64,000 nucleotides of DNA from Candidatus Fermentithermobacillaceae bacterium. GTDB taxonomy: Bacteria > Bacillota > Sulfobacillia > Fermentithermobacillales > DUSS01. The stretch is from NCBI GenBank assembly GCA_014896535.1, contig JADBKE010000019.1, positions 17,068 through 81,067 on the forward strand. The letters run 5' to 3'. A program made the translations under genes and the position numbers. The first letter of the stretch is position 1. Every line of letters starts with the position of its first letter. Positions 20,433 to 30,607 of this stretch are shown in pieces. The notes below the pieces were generated by a model, which did not search any database, had not been told where the DNA came from, and was given only the letters and a program-made list of their open reading frames with translations.

Positions 20433-21476
20433 TTGCGGAACCCTGCGATCGATTTGCCGCTGGAAATCGAACGTCGCGGAGGTCTTCCCATATACATTCA
20501 AGTTAAGCGAGAGTTGGAGAAGCTCGTGGCCAGCGGCCAGTTAAAAAAGGGCCAGCGCCTACCGACCGAACGGGCTCTGGCTCAGAAGCTCGGCGTAAGC
20601 CGGAACACGGTGAGTTTGGCATACCGCCAGCTGGAAGCGGAAGGACTTATCACCTCCAGACAGGGGAAGGGGACTTTCGTCACAGAGGCCGACGATATAG
20701 TCCGCATCGAGAACAGGCGGGAAAGGCTCAAGCGGATTATCGATTCTTCTATAGAGGAAGCCATTGCCCTCGGCATCAGCCTGGACGAGTACTTGGAAAT
20801 GGCCGCTAAGAGAGCCAGCGAGAAAAAGGAGATGCTGGCTCGCCTCAGGGTAGTGTTCGTCGAGTGCAACCGAGAACAGCTCGATTATTTCTCCAAAGAA
20901 CTCCAGCTGGATACGGGTGTGAGCGTGGTGCCGCTCATGATAGACGACCTGCGTGCGGGCGGTGAGCAGGTGGCGGAGATCATCGCCGGCGCAGACCTCA
21001 TAGTCACAACGTTCTTCCACCTGGATGAGGTGAAGTCGCTTCTGTCGGCCAGAAGCGAAGACATCGTGGGAATCGCCCTCGATCCCGTCCTCGAGAGTAT
21101 CGTGAGAATAGCGAGGTTGCCGAAAGGTGCCAAGGTCGCCCTGGTTTGCATTTCGGAAGCTTTCGCTGAGCGGGTCCTCAAGTCGGTGGAAAACGCGGGA
21201 ATCGACGGGCTTGAGATAACCGTGGTCACCTCCAGAGATCCCGACGAAGTCCGGGCCTCCCTACGGGGTAAGAGGGCGTGCATCGTTTCCCCGGGGAGAT
21301 TGAAAGAGGTTCAGGCTCTGGCAGGAAGGGGAACCGAGATCATCGAGTTCATCTACAAACCCGATGCCGGTTCGGTAAACTTCCTTCGTTCACTGGTACT
21401 TGAAAGGAAAAACAGGCATATGACGGAGGTGGGGATAGTTGGCAGTAGAAGCACGTCCCTGGGACGTCAAGATTAA
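20433..21476 (+). CDS. GntR family transcriptional regulator with long C-terminal effector domain
   Basis: PIYIQV...LPTERALA...VSRNTVSLAY...QGKGTFV wHTH; AGGAGGTG RBS. Confidence 0.92.
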   Translation: MRNPAIDLPLEIERRGGLPIYIQVKRELEKLVASGQLKKGQRLPTERALAQKLGVSRNTVSLAYRQLEAEGLITSRQGKGTFVTEADDIVRIENRRERLKRIIDSSIEEAIALGISLDEYLEMAAKRASEKKEMLARLRVVFVECNREQLDYFSKELQLDTGVSVVPLMIDDLRAGGEQVAEIIAGADLIVTTFFHLDEVKSLLSARSEDIVGIALDPVLESIVRIARLPKGAKVALVCISEAFAERVLKSVENAGIDGLEITVVTSRDPDEVRASLRGKRACIVSPGRLKEVQALAGRGTEIIEFIYKPDAGSVNFLRSLVLERKNRHMTEVGIVGSRSTSLGRQD

Positions 21477-21648
21477 CTCGAACTGGTGCAAACAATGCGG
21501 CCTATGTGTCGCATTTTGTCCCAGGGGAGTCTTGAAGCTCGGTGATGATGGGAGACCAGTCGTAGTGGACATCGCCCGTTGCACTGGTTGTCTATTGTGC
21601 GAGATGCACTGCCCCGACTTCGCGATCGCTGTGAAAAGGAGTGAGTGA
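21439..21648 (+). CDS. 2x[4Fe-4S] ferredoxin (delta) subunit of 2-oxoacid oxidoreductase
   Basis: CKQCGLCVAFCP and CTGCLLCEMHCPDFAI. Confidence 0.92.
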   Translation: MAVEARPWDVKINSNWCKQCGLCVAFCPRGVLKLGDDGRPVVVDIARCTGCLLCEMHCPDFAIAVKRSE

Positions 21649-22795
21649 GGTGGAGGAGTCAAGATCCAGGCTCTATCAGGGGAATGAGGCGTGTGTCGAG
21701 GGCGCGATAGCCGCTGGCATGAGGTTTTTCGCGGGGTACCCCATCACGCCGTCTACCGAGATCGCCGAACTGTGCTCGGTGCGTCTTCCCCAGGTAGGTG
21801 GCACCTTCATACAGATGGAAGACGAGATCGCAAGCATGGCCGCGGTATGCGGGGCTTCCCTGGCCGGTCTCAAAGCGATGACGGCCACGTCGGGACCGGG
21901 ATTCTCTTTAAAACAGGAGAACATCGGTTTCGCTGCGGAAGCGGAAATCCCCTGTGTGATCGTGAACGTTCAGAGGGTAGGTCCCTCCACGGGAATGCCT
22001 ACCTCGCCGGCTCAAGGCGATCTGATGCAAGCCCGATGGGGCAGGCACGGAGACCAAGAAATCGTGGTTTTGAGCCCGGCGTACGTGGACGAGGTCTATT
22101 CTCTCACCATAGAAGCTTTCAACATTGCCGAGGAGCTGAGGACGCCGGTCATCCTCCTCATGGATGAAGTCGTCGGTCATCTCAGGGAAAAGGTGACTTT
22201 GCCGAAGCCGGGCGACCTGGTTATCAAGGATAGGAAGAAGCCGGTACCCGGTTCGCGGTATCTACCTTACGCTCCCGGCGAAGGCGAAGACGGGGACGTT
22301 CCGCCGCTGGCAGCGTTCGGAGATGGTTTCAGATTTCACGTGACGGGACTCACCCACGGGCCGGATGGTTTCCCCACAAACAGCCCGAGCGTCGGTGAAC
22401 CTCAGATCAAGCGAATAAACTCGAAAATATCATCGCGAAGGGAAAAACTGTGCAAAGCTGAAGAGCTCTTCACCGAAGATGCAGATATCCTCGTGGTGTC
22501 CTTCGGTTCTTCGGCCAGATCCGCCAAGAAGGCCGTGAAAGACCTGCGAGCTGTGGGGGTGAAAGTCGGGCTTCTGCGCCTCATCACCCTGTGGCCCTTC
22601 CCCGAACACGTCATTCAAAGGATCGCGGCGGGAAAACTCAAGGCGGTCATTGTTCCCGAGATGAATCTCGGTCAACTCGCACGGGAAGTGAGAAGATGCC
22701 TCGATGGTAGAGCCCCCGTGATCGGTGTGAACCGGGTGGCTGGAAAGCTCATAGAGCCCGCCGATGTCATCCGCGCAGTTCAGGAGGTGAAGTGA
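21641..22795 (+). CDS. 2-oxoacid:ferredoxin oxidoreductase alpha subunit (2-oxoglutarate-type)
   Basis: AGYPITPSTE, QMEDE, TATSGPGFSL, QRVGPSTGMPT, PEMNLGQ. Confidence 0.93.
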   Translation: MSEVEESRSRLYQGNEACVEGAIAAGMRFFAGYPITPSTEIAELCSVRLPQVGGTFIQMEDEIASMAAVCGASLAGLKAMTATSGPGFSLKQENIGFAAEAEIPCVIVNVQRVGPSTGMPTSPAQGDLMQARWGRHGDQEIVVLSPAYVDEVYSLTIEAFNIAEELRTPVILLMDEVVGHLREKVTLPKPGDLVIKDRKKPVPGSRYLPYAPGEGEDGDVPPLAAFGDGFRFHVTGLTHGPDGFPTNSPSVGEPQIKRINSKISSRREKLCKAEELFTEDADILVVSFGSSARSAKKAVKDLRAVGVKVGLLRLITLWPFPEHVIQRIAAGKLKAVIVPEMNLGQLAREVRRCLDGRAPVIGVNRVAGKLIEPADVIRAVQEVK

Positions 22796-22796
22796 C

Positions 22797-23624
22797 ATGG
22801 GTTCGGATCTGACCAAGTACCTCAGGGTGGAAAAGCTTCCTCACATCTGGTGCGCGGGGTGCGGGCACGGCATCGTCACCCAGGCGATAGTGAGAGCCAT
22901 CGACGAACTGGGGCTTGACCCGGCTAAAGTAACGATCGTCTCGGGCATCGGTTGCTCGTCGCGAGCCCCGGGTTACATGAACTTCGATACTCTGCACACG
23001 ACCCATGGACGAGCCATAGCCTTCGCGACCGGGGTCAAACTGGCCCGCCCCGAACTCAAGGTCATCGTGATCACCGGGGACGGGGATGCAGCTGCCATCG
23101 GAGGCAATCACCTGATCCACGCCGCCAGAAGAAACATAGACCTCACCGTCGTTTGCTACAACAACTCTATTTACGGAATGACTTCTGGCCAGTACTCTCC
23201 GGTCACCCCGCTGGGAAGTTTTGCTTCAACTGCGCCTTACGGGATGGTTGAGCGTCCCTTCGATCTCTGCGAGCTCGTGATGGGCGCCGGGGGCACCTTC
23301 GTAGCCCGTAGCACTACTTACCACGCGCGTCATCTCACCAACGTCATAAAGCAAGCGATTCAACATAAAGGGTTTTCCTTCGTGGACGCGTTGTCGCAGT
23401 GTCCCACCTACTTTGGCCGGAGAAACAACATGAAAGACGCCCTCGCGATGCTCAACTGGTACAAGGAAAACGCCGTGTCGCGGGATGATTGGGCGAAAAT
23501 GCCTCCGGCCGAGAGGGGCTCGAAGTTCCCCATAGGGGTGTTCAGAGACGAAGAAGCTCCCGAGTACTGCGAAACTTACCGGAAAGTTATCGAAAAAGCG
23601 ATGGAGGAGGTGGGCGCGAAGTGA
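22797..23624 (+). CDS. 2-oxoacid:ferredoxin oxidoreductase beta subunit
   Basis: WCAGCG, SGIGCS, TPP-binding GDGD...NN.IYGMT.GQ. Confidence 0.93.
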   Translation: MGSDLTKYLRVEKLPHIWCAGCGHGIVTQAIVRAIDELGLDPAKVTIVSGIGCSSRAPGYMNFDTLHTTHGRAIAFATGVKLARPELKVIVITGDGDAAAIGGNHLIHAARRNIDLTVVCYNNSIYGMTSGQYSPVTPLGSFASTAPYGMVERPFDLCELVMGAGGTFVARSTTYHARHLTNVIKQAIQHKGFSFVDALSQCPTYFGRRNNMKDALAMLNWYKENAVSRDDWAKMPPAERGSKFPIGVFRDEEAPEYCETYRKVIEKAMEEVGAK

Positions 23625-24193
23625 GGAAGGAATTCAGGCTGGCCGGTGCGGGAGGGCAGGGTCTCATCAGCGCGTCCATAATCCTCGCGGAGGCCATTGC
23701 TTCCCGGACCGACCTGTACGTCGCTCAAACTCAGTCCTACGGTCCTGAATCGCGAGGCGGATCTTCCCGGGGTGACGTAATAGTATCCGATTCTCAGGTG
23801 GACTATCCCGAGGTCACGAACCCCGAGTACCTTCTGGTGATGACCCAGGACGCCTGCTCGACGTATGCCAAAGACCTCGCTCCCGGAGGTGTGCTGATCG
23901 CCGATTCCACCTACGTGAAGGAAATTCCCTCCGTGAACGGAACGGTCAAGTCTTACCCCATCAGCGAACGAGCTAGGGAGATGGGCAGGGAAATAGTGGC
24001 CAACATGATCGGTTTGGGTATCCTCGCTGGTCTTACCGGCGTGGTATCTCTTGAGGTTCTCGAAGAGGCCGTGATGGAAAGGCTGCCCAAGAGCACCTGG
24101 GATCTAAACAAGAAAGCTCTCCGTCACGGTTTCGAGGTGGGAATGCAAATGGCCGGTGGAGGGGAGGAGGTGGGCGAAGGGACGCGAGCCTGA
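23621..24193 (+). CDS. 2-oxoacid:ferredoxin oxidoreductase gamma subunit
   Basis: AGAGGQG, QSYGPESRGG, ANMIGLG. Confidence 0.92.
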   Translation: MRKEFRLAGAGGQGLISASIILAEAIASRTDLYVAQTQSYGPESRGGSSRGDVIVSDSQVDYPEVTNPEYLLVMTQDACSTYAKDLAPGGVLIADSTYVKEIPSVNGTVKSYPISERAREMGREIVANMIGLGILAGLTGVVSLEVLEEAVMERLPKSTWDLNKKALRHGFEVGMQMAGGGEEVGEGTRA

Positions 24194-24288
24194 CGGCCCG
24201 ATTTGGGCGACCTGGAGAAGTAGAAGTAGATGGAGTTTTCCAGAAGGCAGTCTAGTTGTAAGCAATTACTGGGGGAGGTTTCTTGAGA

Positions 24289-25542
24289 ATGGCGGAGAAG
24301 ACGTTAAATCCTTTTGAAATCGTCCAGGGTCAAATCAAAAGGGCCTGCGATCAGCTGGGCCTGGAACCCGCGGCCTACGATATCCTGAAGCAACCGGAGA
24401 GGGCCATCGAGGTTTCGTTCCCGGTGGAGATGGACGATGGCACGATCAAGGTGTTCACCGGATGGCGCTCCCAGCACAACACCGCATTGGGGCCGGCGAA
24501 GGGCGGAATCAGGTTCCACCCCAATACCAACTTTGATGAAGTAAAAGCGCTCTCCATGTGGATGACGTTCAAGTGCTCGGTAGTGGGTCTTCCATATGGC
24601 GGCGGCAAGGGTGCTGTGAGGTGCAACCCCAAGGAACTTTCGCCCAGGGAGCTTGAGAGAGTTTCCCGCGGTTTCATCAGAGCTCTTGGCGATTTCATCG
24701 GTCCCCTCAAAGATATCCCGGCGCCGGACGTATACACCAACGCACAGATCATGGCGTGGATGGTGGACGAGTTTTCTTCAATGAAGGGATTCCCCAACCC
24801 CGCGCTACTGACGGGAAAGCCGATATTGCTTGGAGGTTCTCTCGGGCGCAATACGGCGACCGCCAGGGGTTGTACCTACGTTATCCGCGAAGCCGCCAAG
24901 AAAATCGGTCTCGATCTGAAAAAAGCTACTTACGCCGTAAACGGCTTCGGCAACGCCGGGTCTTATTCGGCCTTCTTCATGAAAGATATGGGCGCCAAGA
25001 TGGTGGCGTGCAATGACTCCAAGGGCGGTGCTTACAACCCCGAAGGAATGGACCCGGTAGCAGTCTCCCAGTGGAAAGCCGAGCACGGCACGGTGAAGGG
25101 ATTCCCGGGTTCTCGGGATATTACCACCGAAGAGCTTTATGCCCTCCCGGTGGACATACTCATCCCGGCGGCTTTGGAGAACACGATAACCGAGTCAATT
25201 GCTCCGCACGTGAAGGCCAAGATAATCGGGGAAGCTGCCAACGGGCCCACTACTCCCGAAGCCGACGAGATCCTGAACAAGAAGGGGGTTATGGTTCTCC
25301 CCGATATCCTGGCGTCAGCCGGCGGGGTGACCGTGTCCTATTTTGAGTGGGTGCAAAACCTGATGAACTTCTACTGGACGGCCGAGGAAGTGGATAGCCG
25401 GCTGGAGAATATCATGGTGAAAGCTTTCGAGGAAGTCTACTCCATGCACAAAGAAAAGGGAGTCTCCTTGAGGGAAGCGGCGTTCCTCGTGGCCGTCAAG
25501 AAAGTGGTCGACGCCATGAGGCTCAGGGGCTGGCTCTCCTAA
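24289..25542 (+). CDS. Glutamate dehydrogenase (Glu/Leu/Phe/Val family)
   Basis: [46 protein letters not shown]. Confidence 0.95.
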   Translation: MAEKTLNPFEIVQGQIKRACDQLGLEPAAYDILKQPERAIEVSFPVEMDDGTIKVFTGWRSQHNTALGPAKGGIRFHPNTNFDEVKALSMWMTFKCSVVGLPYGGGKGAVRCNPKELSPRELERVSRGFIRALGDFIGPLKDIPAPDVYTNAQIMAWMVDEFSSMKGFPNPALLTGKPILLGGSLGRNTATARGCTYVIREAAKKIGLDLKKATYAVNGFGNAGSYSAFFMKDMGAKMVACNDSKGGAYNPEGMDPVAVSQWKAEHGTVKGFPGSRDITTEELYALPVDILIPAALENTITESIAPHVKAKIIGEAANGPTTPEADEILNKKGVMVLPDILASAGGVTVSYFEWVQNLMNFYWTAEEVDSRLENIMVKAFEEVYSMHKEKGVSLREAAFLVAVKKVVDAMRLRGWLS

Positions 25543-25564
25543 GGCAAACCCACCCGAGATGCGC

Positions 25565-25600
25565 AGGCCCATCCCCAGTTCTCGGGGATGGGCCTTGTCT
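25565..25600 (+). terminator. GC-rich hairpin after the gdh gene (terminator or mRNA stabiliser)
   Basis: AGGCCCATCCCC-7 nt-GGGGATGGGCCT; U-tract weak. Confidence 0.5.
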
Positions 25601-25622
25601 GAAACGAAGGGGGAGTGCACAG

Positions 25623-27299
25623 TTGTCGCAGGAGAAAAACAGGGAACTGGAGAACGCGAAAGCCTCCTGGGAGCGCTCGACTCTCGCCAGGGTGGTTTCC
25701 AAGTTTCCCGAAAGACAATCCTCGTTCAGGACGGACTCGGGTATCGAAATGGAGCGGGTGTTCACCCCGGTCGAACTGGGAGATTGGGATTACCTGACCA
25801 AGCTCGGCTTTCCCGGTGAGTACCCCTTTACCAGGGGAGTTCAGCCCACCATGTACCGGGGAAGGCTCTGGACCATGCGTCAGTACGCCGGTTTCGGAAC
25901 GGCCGAAGAGACCAACAAACGGTTTCGTTTTCTCCTCGAGCAGGGACAAACCGGTTTGAGCGTAGCTTTTGACCTTCCGACTCAAATGGGGTACGATTCG
26001 GACCATCCCCTTGCCGAAGGAGAAGTTGGCCGGGTCGGGGTGGCGGTGGATTCCCTGGAAGACATGGAGCTGATATTTCAGGGCATCCCCTTGGATAAGG
26101 TTTCCACTTCCATGACCATTAACGCTCCCGCTGCGATACTCCTGGCCATGTATCAGGTGGTAGGCGAAAAGCAAGGGACGAGGCCGGAAAAACTCGAGGG
26201 GACGGTCCAAAACGACATATTGAAAGAATACGTTGCCAGAGGGACGTACATTTTCCCGCCCGGTCCCTCCATGCGCCTCGTCACGGACGTGTTCGAGTAC
26301 TGCTCCAAAGCGATCCCCAACTGGAACACGATTTCTGTCAGCGGTTACCACATAAGAGAAGCGGGCGCTACCGCCGCTCAAGAGCTGGCGTTTACCCTCG
26401 CCAACGGTATCGCTTACGTCGAAGCGGCCATGAAGCGCGGGCTTGACGTAGACGCGTTTGCGGGACGGTTGTCTTTCTTCTTCGCGTGCCAGATCAACTT
26501 CCTCGAGGAAATCGCGAAGTTCCGGGCGGCGAGAAGGCTTTGGGCCAGAATTATGAAGGAGCGGTTCGGTGCGAAAAACCCGAGGTCCTGGATGCTGCGG
26601 TTCCATACTCAAACGGCGGGTTCTTCCCTTACGGCGCAGCAACCTTTCGTAAACATCGTCCGGACGGCCATAGAAGCGCTTGCGGCCGTCCTCGGGGGGA
26701 CCCAGTCTCTTCACACCAATTCGTGGGACGAAGCTCTGTCCCTTCCCACCGAGGAATCGGTTAAGATCGCCCTCCGGACCCAGCAGGTCATCGCTTACGA
26801 GACGGGTGTCGCCGATACCGTGGATCCCCTTGGAGGGAGCTATTGCGTCGAGCGACTCACCGACGAACTCGAGGCCCTTGCGGAGGACTACATTCGGAAG
26901 ATCGATGATTTGGGAGGAGCGGTTTCCGCCATCGAGTCCGGCTTTATGCAGCGGGAGATCCAGGAGAGCGCGTACCGATACCAAAAGGCCGTGGAAAAGA
27001 AGGAACGGATCATTGTGGGGGTAAATGCGTTTACGGAGAAAGAAGAGCCTCCCAGGGAGATACTGCGCCTGGATCCGGCCGTGGCAGAGTCTCAATTGAA
27101 GAGGCTCCGGGCCCTGCGGACGCGGAGGGACGGCACCGCTGTGGCAAGAGCGCTGAAAGAGATAGAGAGGGCGGCAAAAGGGAACGAGAACCTCATACCC
27201 CCTATCATCGAAGCGGTAAAGGCATACGCCACCATCGGAGAGATCTGCGATGTGCTCAGGGAGGTGTTCGGTACCTACCACCCCACGGTTGTATTTTGA
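25623..27299 (+). CDS. Methylmalonyl-CoA mutase, large (substrate-binding) subunit
   Basis: [10 protein letters not shown] (Tyr), [13 protein letters not shown] (Arg), [15 protein letters not shown]; no B12-binding domain. Confidence 0.93.
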   Translation: MSQEKNRELENAKASWERSTLARVVSKFPERQSSFRTDSGIEMERVFTPVELGDWDYLTKLGFPGEYPFTRGVQPTMYRGRLWTMRQYAGFGTAEETNKRFRFLLEQGQTGLSVAFDLPTQMGYDSDHPLAEGEVGRVGVAVDSLEDMELIFQGIPLDKVSTSMTINAPAAILLAMYQVVGEKQGTRPEKLEGTVQNDILKEYVARGTYIFPPGPSMRLVTDVFEYCSKAIPNWNTISVSGYHIREAGATAAQELAFTLANGIAYVEAAMKRGLDVDAFAGRLSFFFACQINFLEEIAKFRAARRLWARIMKERFGAKNPRSWMLRFHTQTAGSSLTAQQPFVNIVRTAIEALAAVLGGTQSLHTNSWDEALSLPTEESVKIALRTQQVIAYETGVADTVDPLGGSYCVERLTDELEALAEDYIRKIDDLGGAVSAIESGFMQREIQESAYRYQKAVEKKERIIVGVNAFTEKEEPPREILRLDPAVAESQLKRLRALRTRRDGTAVARALKEIERAAKGNENLIPPIIEAVKAYATIGEICDVLREVFGTYHPTVVF

Positions 27300-27447
27300 G
27301 ACTCGAGCGATCCGCTCGCGCAGAATCCTCCAGAGGGCGTCGGTTGAGGGCCACCGGGAGACAGGATACGGCGAGGTACGCGCCGCCCGTCATGGTGGAC
27401 CCGGGAAGATCTGGGGCTGTGGTGCAGGAGATTGGAGGTGGCTTTGC

Positions 27448-27846
27448 GTGATAAAGAAGATCGATCACCTGGGGATAGCTGTAAACGATATGAAACAGGC
27501 TGCGGAGGACTTTGCCCGGGCTTTCGGTATCGTACTTGGAGGAGAAGAAGAAGTCCCTTCCCAGAAAGTGAAGGTTGGCTTTTTGCAAGTGGGCGAGGTG
27601 CGGCTTGAACTTCTTCAGCCGCTGGAAGCGGACAGCCCAGTCGGGAAGTTCCTATCATCCCGCGGAGAGGGCTTTCACCACATAGCTTTTGAGGTAGATG
27701 ACATCGAAAGCGACCTCAGGAAGGCGGAAAGCGCCGGGTTGACCCTCGTAGACAAGACGCCGAGGTCCGGCGCTCATGGTACGAAGGTTGCGTTCATCCA
27801 TCCCAAGAGCACCCACGGTCTTCTGGTGGAGCTCGTGCAGAAGTGA
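27448..27846 (+). CDS. mce: Methylmalonyl-CoA epimerase
   Basis: IDHLGIAV, LELLQP, GEGFHHIAF, FIHPKSTHGLLVEL. Confidence 0.92.
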   Translation: MIKKIDHLGIAVNDMKQAAEDFARAFGIVLGGEEEVPSQKVKVGFLQVGEVRLELLQPLEADSPVGKFLSSRGEGFHHIAFEVDDIESDLRKAESAGLTLVDKTPRSGAHGTKVAFIHPKSTHGLLVELVQK

Positions 27847-27993
27847 CAAAGGCACGCGAAGTCCAGGGGCTCTTATTCCAGCGAAAGCTTCGTGGTCTTT
27901 TCGCGGAAGCTAAGAGGAAATGACGTCTCCGAGTGAGAATAATGTAAATGAGAGGCTGTCTCAGGCCCAACGAAACCCTAAGGGGGCTCGGGG

Positions 27994-28188
27994 ATGGAAA
28001 GACCACCCAGGATCGTGGAGTACATCTGTCTGGTGTGCGGAGCTCAGGGGACGGGAAAGATCGATGAGAGTGATTCGGAAACCATAGAGAACGGGGGCGG
28101 GAAACCGCTCTGCTGTCCCAGGTGCGGAAGCCCGGTGAAGACGGTGGAGAGAGGACCCGCCCCTCAAGTTGAAACGGTGGCACGATAA
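27994..28188 (+). CDS. Small zinc-ribbon hypothetical protein (64 aa)
   Basis: CLVCG and CPRCG pairs; G-rich RBS; followed by a terminator. Confidence 0.6.
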   Translation: MERPPRIVEYICLVCGAQGTGKIDESDSETIENGGGKPLCCPRCGSPVKTVERGPAPQVETVAR

Positions 28189-28194
28189 ATGCCT

Positions 28195-28240
28195 GGCGGT
28201 CGGAGGATGCGGAAAATATCTCCTCCGACCGTTTTTTGTT
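28195..28240 (+). terminator. Rho-independent terminator
   Basis: CGGTCGGAGGA...TCCTCCGACCG followed by TTTTTTGTT. Confidence 0.75.
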
Positions 28241-28446
28241 CCTCCGCTAAAGGCAATGCCGCACAAGGATGCAGACCGTGCGGTATGGTGACGGTGTCAA
28301 CAACGGTGCCGGGTAGCGCCCGGTAACCCCGGATACCACCGAGCAACATCCCCCGACCGGCCAACAGGTGGACAGAAACGCGCCACTTCGGTCGTCTCCC
28401 GACGTTTTGGAATTTGAAAAATCTCGGGAGATCCCCCTTCACGTGA

Positions 28447-28475
28447 GGAGGATTTTTCATTGCAGTGGCGAATGT
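28447..28475 (+). promoter_or_regulatory. Putative sigma-H promoter of the mraZ/dcw operon
   Basis: GGAGGATTT...GGCGAATGT; AGGA-17 bp-GAAT fits the sigma-H consensus. Confidence 0.55.
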
Positions 28476-28484
28476 AGGCATCGA

Positions 28485-28510
28485 ATGGAGTGAAGTGGGG
28501 TAAAGTGGCA
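28485..28510 (+). promoter_or_regulatory. MraZ-binding repeats
   Basis: ATGGAG-tgaa-GTGGGG-taaa-GTGGCA, 10-bp period, at the mraZ start. Confidence 0.7.
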
Positions 28511-28942
28511 CAACCTTCGTTCGTGGGGGAGTACCAGCATACGCTGGACGACAAAGGGAGAGTAGCTCTCCCGGCGCGTTTCAGGGAGTCGCTGGGTCCC
28601 AAGTTCATACTGGCAAGGGGCCTCGACGACTGCCTTTTCATCTACCCCTTGGACGAATGGGAAAGACTCGTCGACAGGCTGAAATCGATCCCGATCAGCC
28701 AGAGCGATTTCCGGGCATTTGCCAGGTACTTCCTGGCCGGCGCCGTCGAGGTGGAACCTGACAAACAAGGCAGGTTTGTCCTCCCTTCACACCTGCGGGA
28801 GTACGCCGGCTTAACGAAGGAAGTATCCATACTCGGTGTGGGGAACAGACTCGAGATCTGGGACAGGGCGAAGTGGGAGGAAATGAAGGCAAAGATACAT
28901 CGGGAGTTTGCAAAGCTGGCGGAAACCGTTACGGCAATCTAA
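28505..28942 (+). CDS. mraZ: Transcriptional regulator MraZ
   Basis: FVGEYQHTLDDKGR, DKQGR, EIWD. Confidence 0.96.
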   Translation: MAQPSFVGEYQHTLDDKGRVALPARFRESLGPKFILARGLDDCLFIYPLDEWERLVDRLKSIPISQSDFRAFARYFLAGAVEVEPDKQGRFVLPSHLREYAGLTKEVSILGVGNRLEIWDRAKWEEMKAKIHREFAKLAETVTAI

Positions 28943-29100
28943 GCCGGTTCTTGTGGCAAAGAGACAAGCCTTCAGGTTCTACTGCAAAAGATGAAATTGC
29001 TCTAAGGCCTTGTAGTTCGAGGGAGGCGTGCGCCTGCCTCTTACTATCTAAGGCGGAAGTTTCCAACAAGGGCGTCGGGCCTCAGAAAGGGAGGAGCGCG

Positions 29101-30012
29101 GTGAGTCTCGTAGGCGGCGAGTTAGGGGAAGGCGCCCTCCACGTTCCCGTGATGGTGGAGGAAGTCCTGGCTAAGCTCGTCCGGGGGACGGAGAGCGCGA
29201 TCCTGGACTGCACGGTGGGAGAAGGCGGACACGCCCTCCGGATTCTAGAGAGGTCCAAGTGCTTCCTGGTGGGCATCGATAAGGACGAGCAACTCCTGGA
29301 AGTCGCGAGGAAGCGACTGGTGCGTTACGTAGGGCGCTTCTTCTTAACCAAGGCCGATTTCCGTGAGGCCCGGTCGGTACTGGCCCTGATTGGCATACCC
29401 CGGGTGGACGGAGTTCTCTTCGATCTCGGAGTATCCCTGAGGCAGCTCGCGGACCCATCCAGAGGGTTTACGTACTGGGGGGACGCGCCGCTGGACATGA
29501 GGATGGATAGAACCGGGTCCCTGACGGCGGCGGACCTGCTCGAGACCTGTACTGAGGAGGAGCTCGAGCGCATCCTGCGGGAGTACGGTGAAGAGAAATA
29601 CGCCCGATCCATTGCCCGTCTGATAGTGGCCGAACGGGAGAGGCGACCTCTGCGGACAGCTCGCGACCTCGTGGAGCTCATTTACCAGGCGATTCCGGCA
29701 AGGGCGAGGAGAACGGGCGGGCACCCCGCGAGAAGGACGTTCCAGGCACTGAGGATAGCGGTAAACCGCGAGTTAGAAGGCCTTGACCGGGCTATCGAAA
29801 TGGCGTTTTACCTTACGAAGCCCGGGGGCAGGGTGGTCGTCTTGAGCTATCACTCTCTTGAGGACCGCGTAGCAAAGAGCGTTTTCAGGCGCATGGAAGC
29901 GGCTGGAATCGCTTCGATTCTGGAAAGAAAGCCTTTGACACCGACAAGAGCGGAGAGAGAGCGGAATCCGAGATCGAGAAGTGCCAAGCTTCGCGCAGCG
30001 GCCCTGATCTGA
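29101..30012 (+). CDS. rsmH: 16S rRNA m4C1402 methyltransferase
   Basis: HVPVM, DCTVGEGGHA, DLGVS, LDMRMD, TFQALRI, YHSLEDR, NPRSRSAKLR. Confidence 0.96.
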   Translation: MSLVGGELGEGALHVPVMVEEVLAKLVRGTESAILDCTVGEGGHALRILERSKCFLVGIDKDEQLLEVARKRLVRYVGRFFLTKADFREARSVLALIGIPRVDGVLFDLGVSLRQLADPSRGFTYWGDAPLDMRMDRTGSLTAADLLETCTEEELERILREYGEEKYARSIARLIVAERERRPLRTARDLVELIYQAIPARARRTGGHPARRTFQALRIAVNRELEGLDRAIEMAFYLTKPGGRVVVLSYHSLEDRVAKSVFRRMEAAGIASILERKPLTPTRAERERNPRSRSAKLRAAALI

Positions 30013-30119
30013 GATGAAATGAACTCGGCCGGCGGCCATCGTCACCCGGTTCTTTCGCAGGAGAGATTTCCGACCGGGTCCGGTAAAGGGAGAAAAGGGA
30101 GCTCAGGGAGGAAAGAGCC

Positions 30120-30590
30120 ATGATACGCAACGTTACTATTGAGGCAGCACCTGCCCGCGCCCGGCGACGGGGGAGGACGACCGGACTCCCAATCGAGGCA
30201 GTTGGCATCCTGTATCTGGTCGTGGCCGTCCTATTTGGGCTCATGCTGGTGTGGCAGCCGGCAAATCTCGCCAACCTCGCTCACCGGGCAAGGGAGTTGG
30301 AGCGGCAGGTAGAGGCCTTAAAGGTTGAGAACCACAGCCTCAAGGCCGAACTCTCAAGGCTTGAGTCCCTTTCCTACGTGGAATCCGTAGCCAAGACGAA
30401 ACTGGGAATGGTAGAACCACCCCAGGTCAAGACCGCAGCTGTTGTGGCACTCGATACGGGCGATTTCGGTGCGAGCTCCGGGGCGATCGCGGAAGCGACC
30501 AACCGCAAGCCCGAGGGCATAATGGGGATCGTTCAGCGCATAGCTGAGATCTTTGGGGGACGCGGGGTCGAAGCTGGGGGTCGGAAGTAA
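30120..30590 (+). CDS. ftsL: Cell division protein FtsL / septum formation initiator
   Basis: TM helix, coiled coil and AKTKLGM; between rsmH and spoVD. Confidence 0.75.
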   Translation: MIRNVTIEAAPARARRRGRTTGLPIEAVGILYLVVAVLFGLMLVWQPANLANLAHRARELERQVEALKVENHSLKAELSRLESLSYVESVAKTKLGMVEPPQVKTAAVVALDTGDFGASSGAIAEATNRKPEGIMGIVQRIAEIFGGRGVEAGGRK

Positions 30591-30607
30591 CACGGGAGAG
30601 GATAGAT

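Noticed and set aside
25539-27281. Long antisense ORFs (also 5631-7034, 37681-39489, 50536-51849, 52890-54596)
   Set aside because: Shadow frames of well-supported + strand genes in GC-rich DNA, with no recognisable motifs.
28940-28955. TAAGCCGGTTCTTGT resembling the reverse complement of the RNase P RNA 3' end
   Set aside because: Imperfect match, intergenic space too short, and no GAGGAAAGTCC partner motif.
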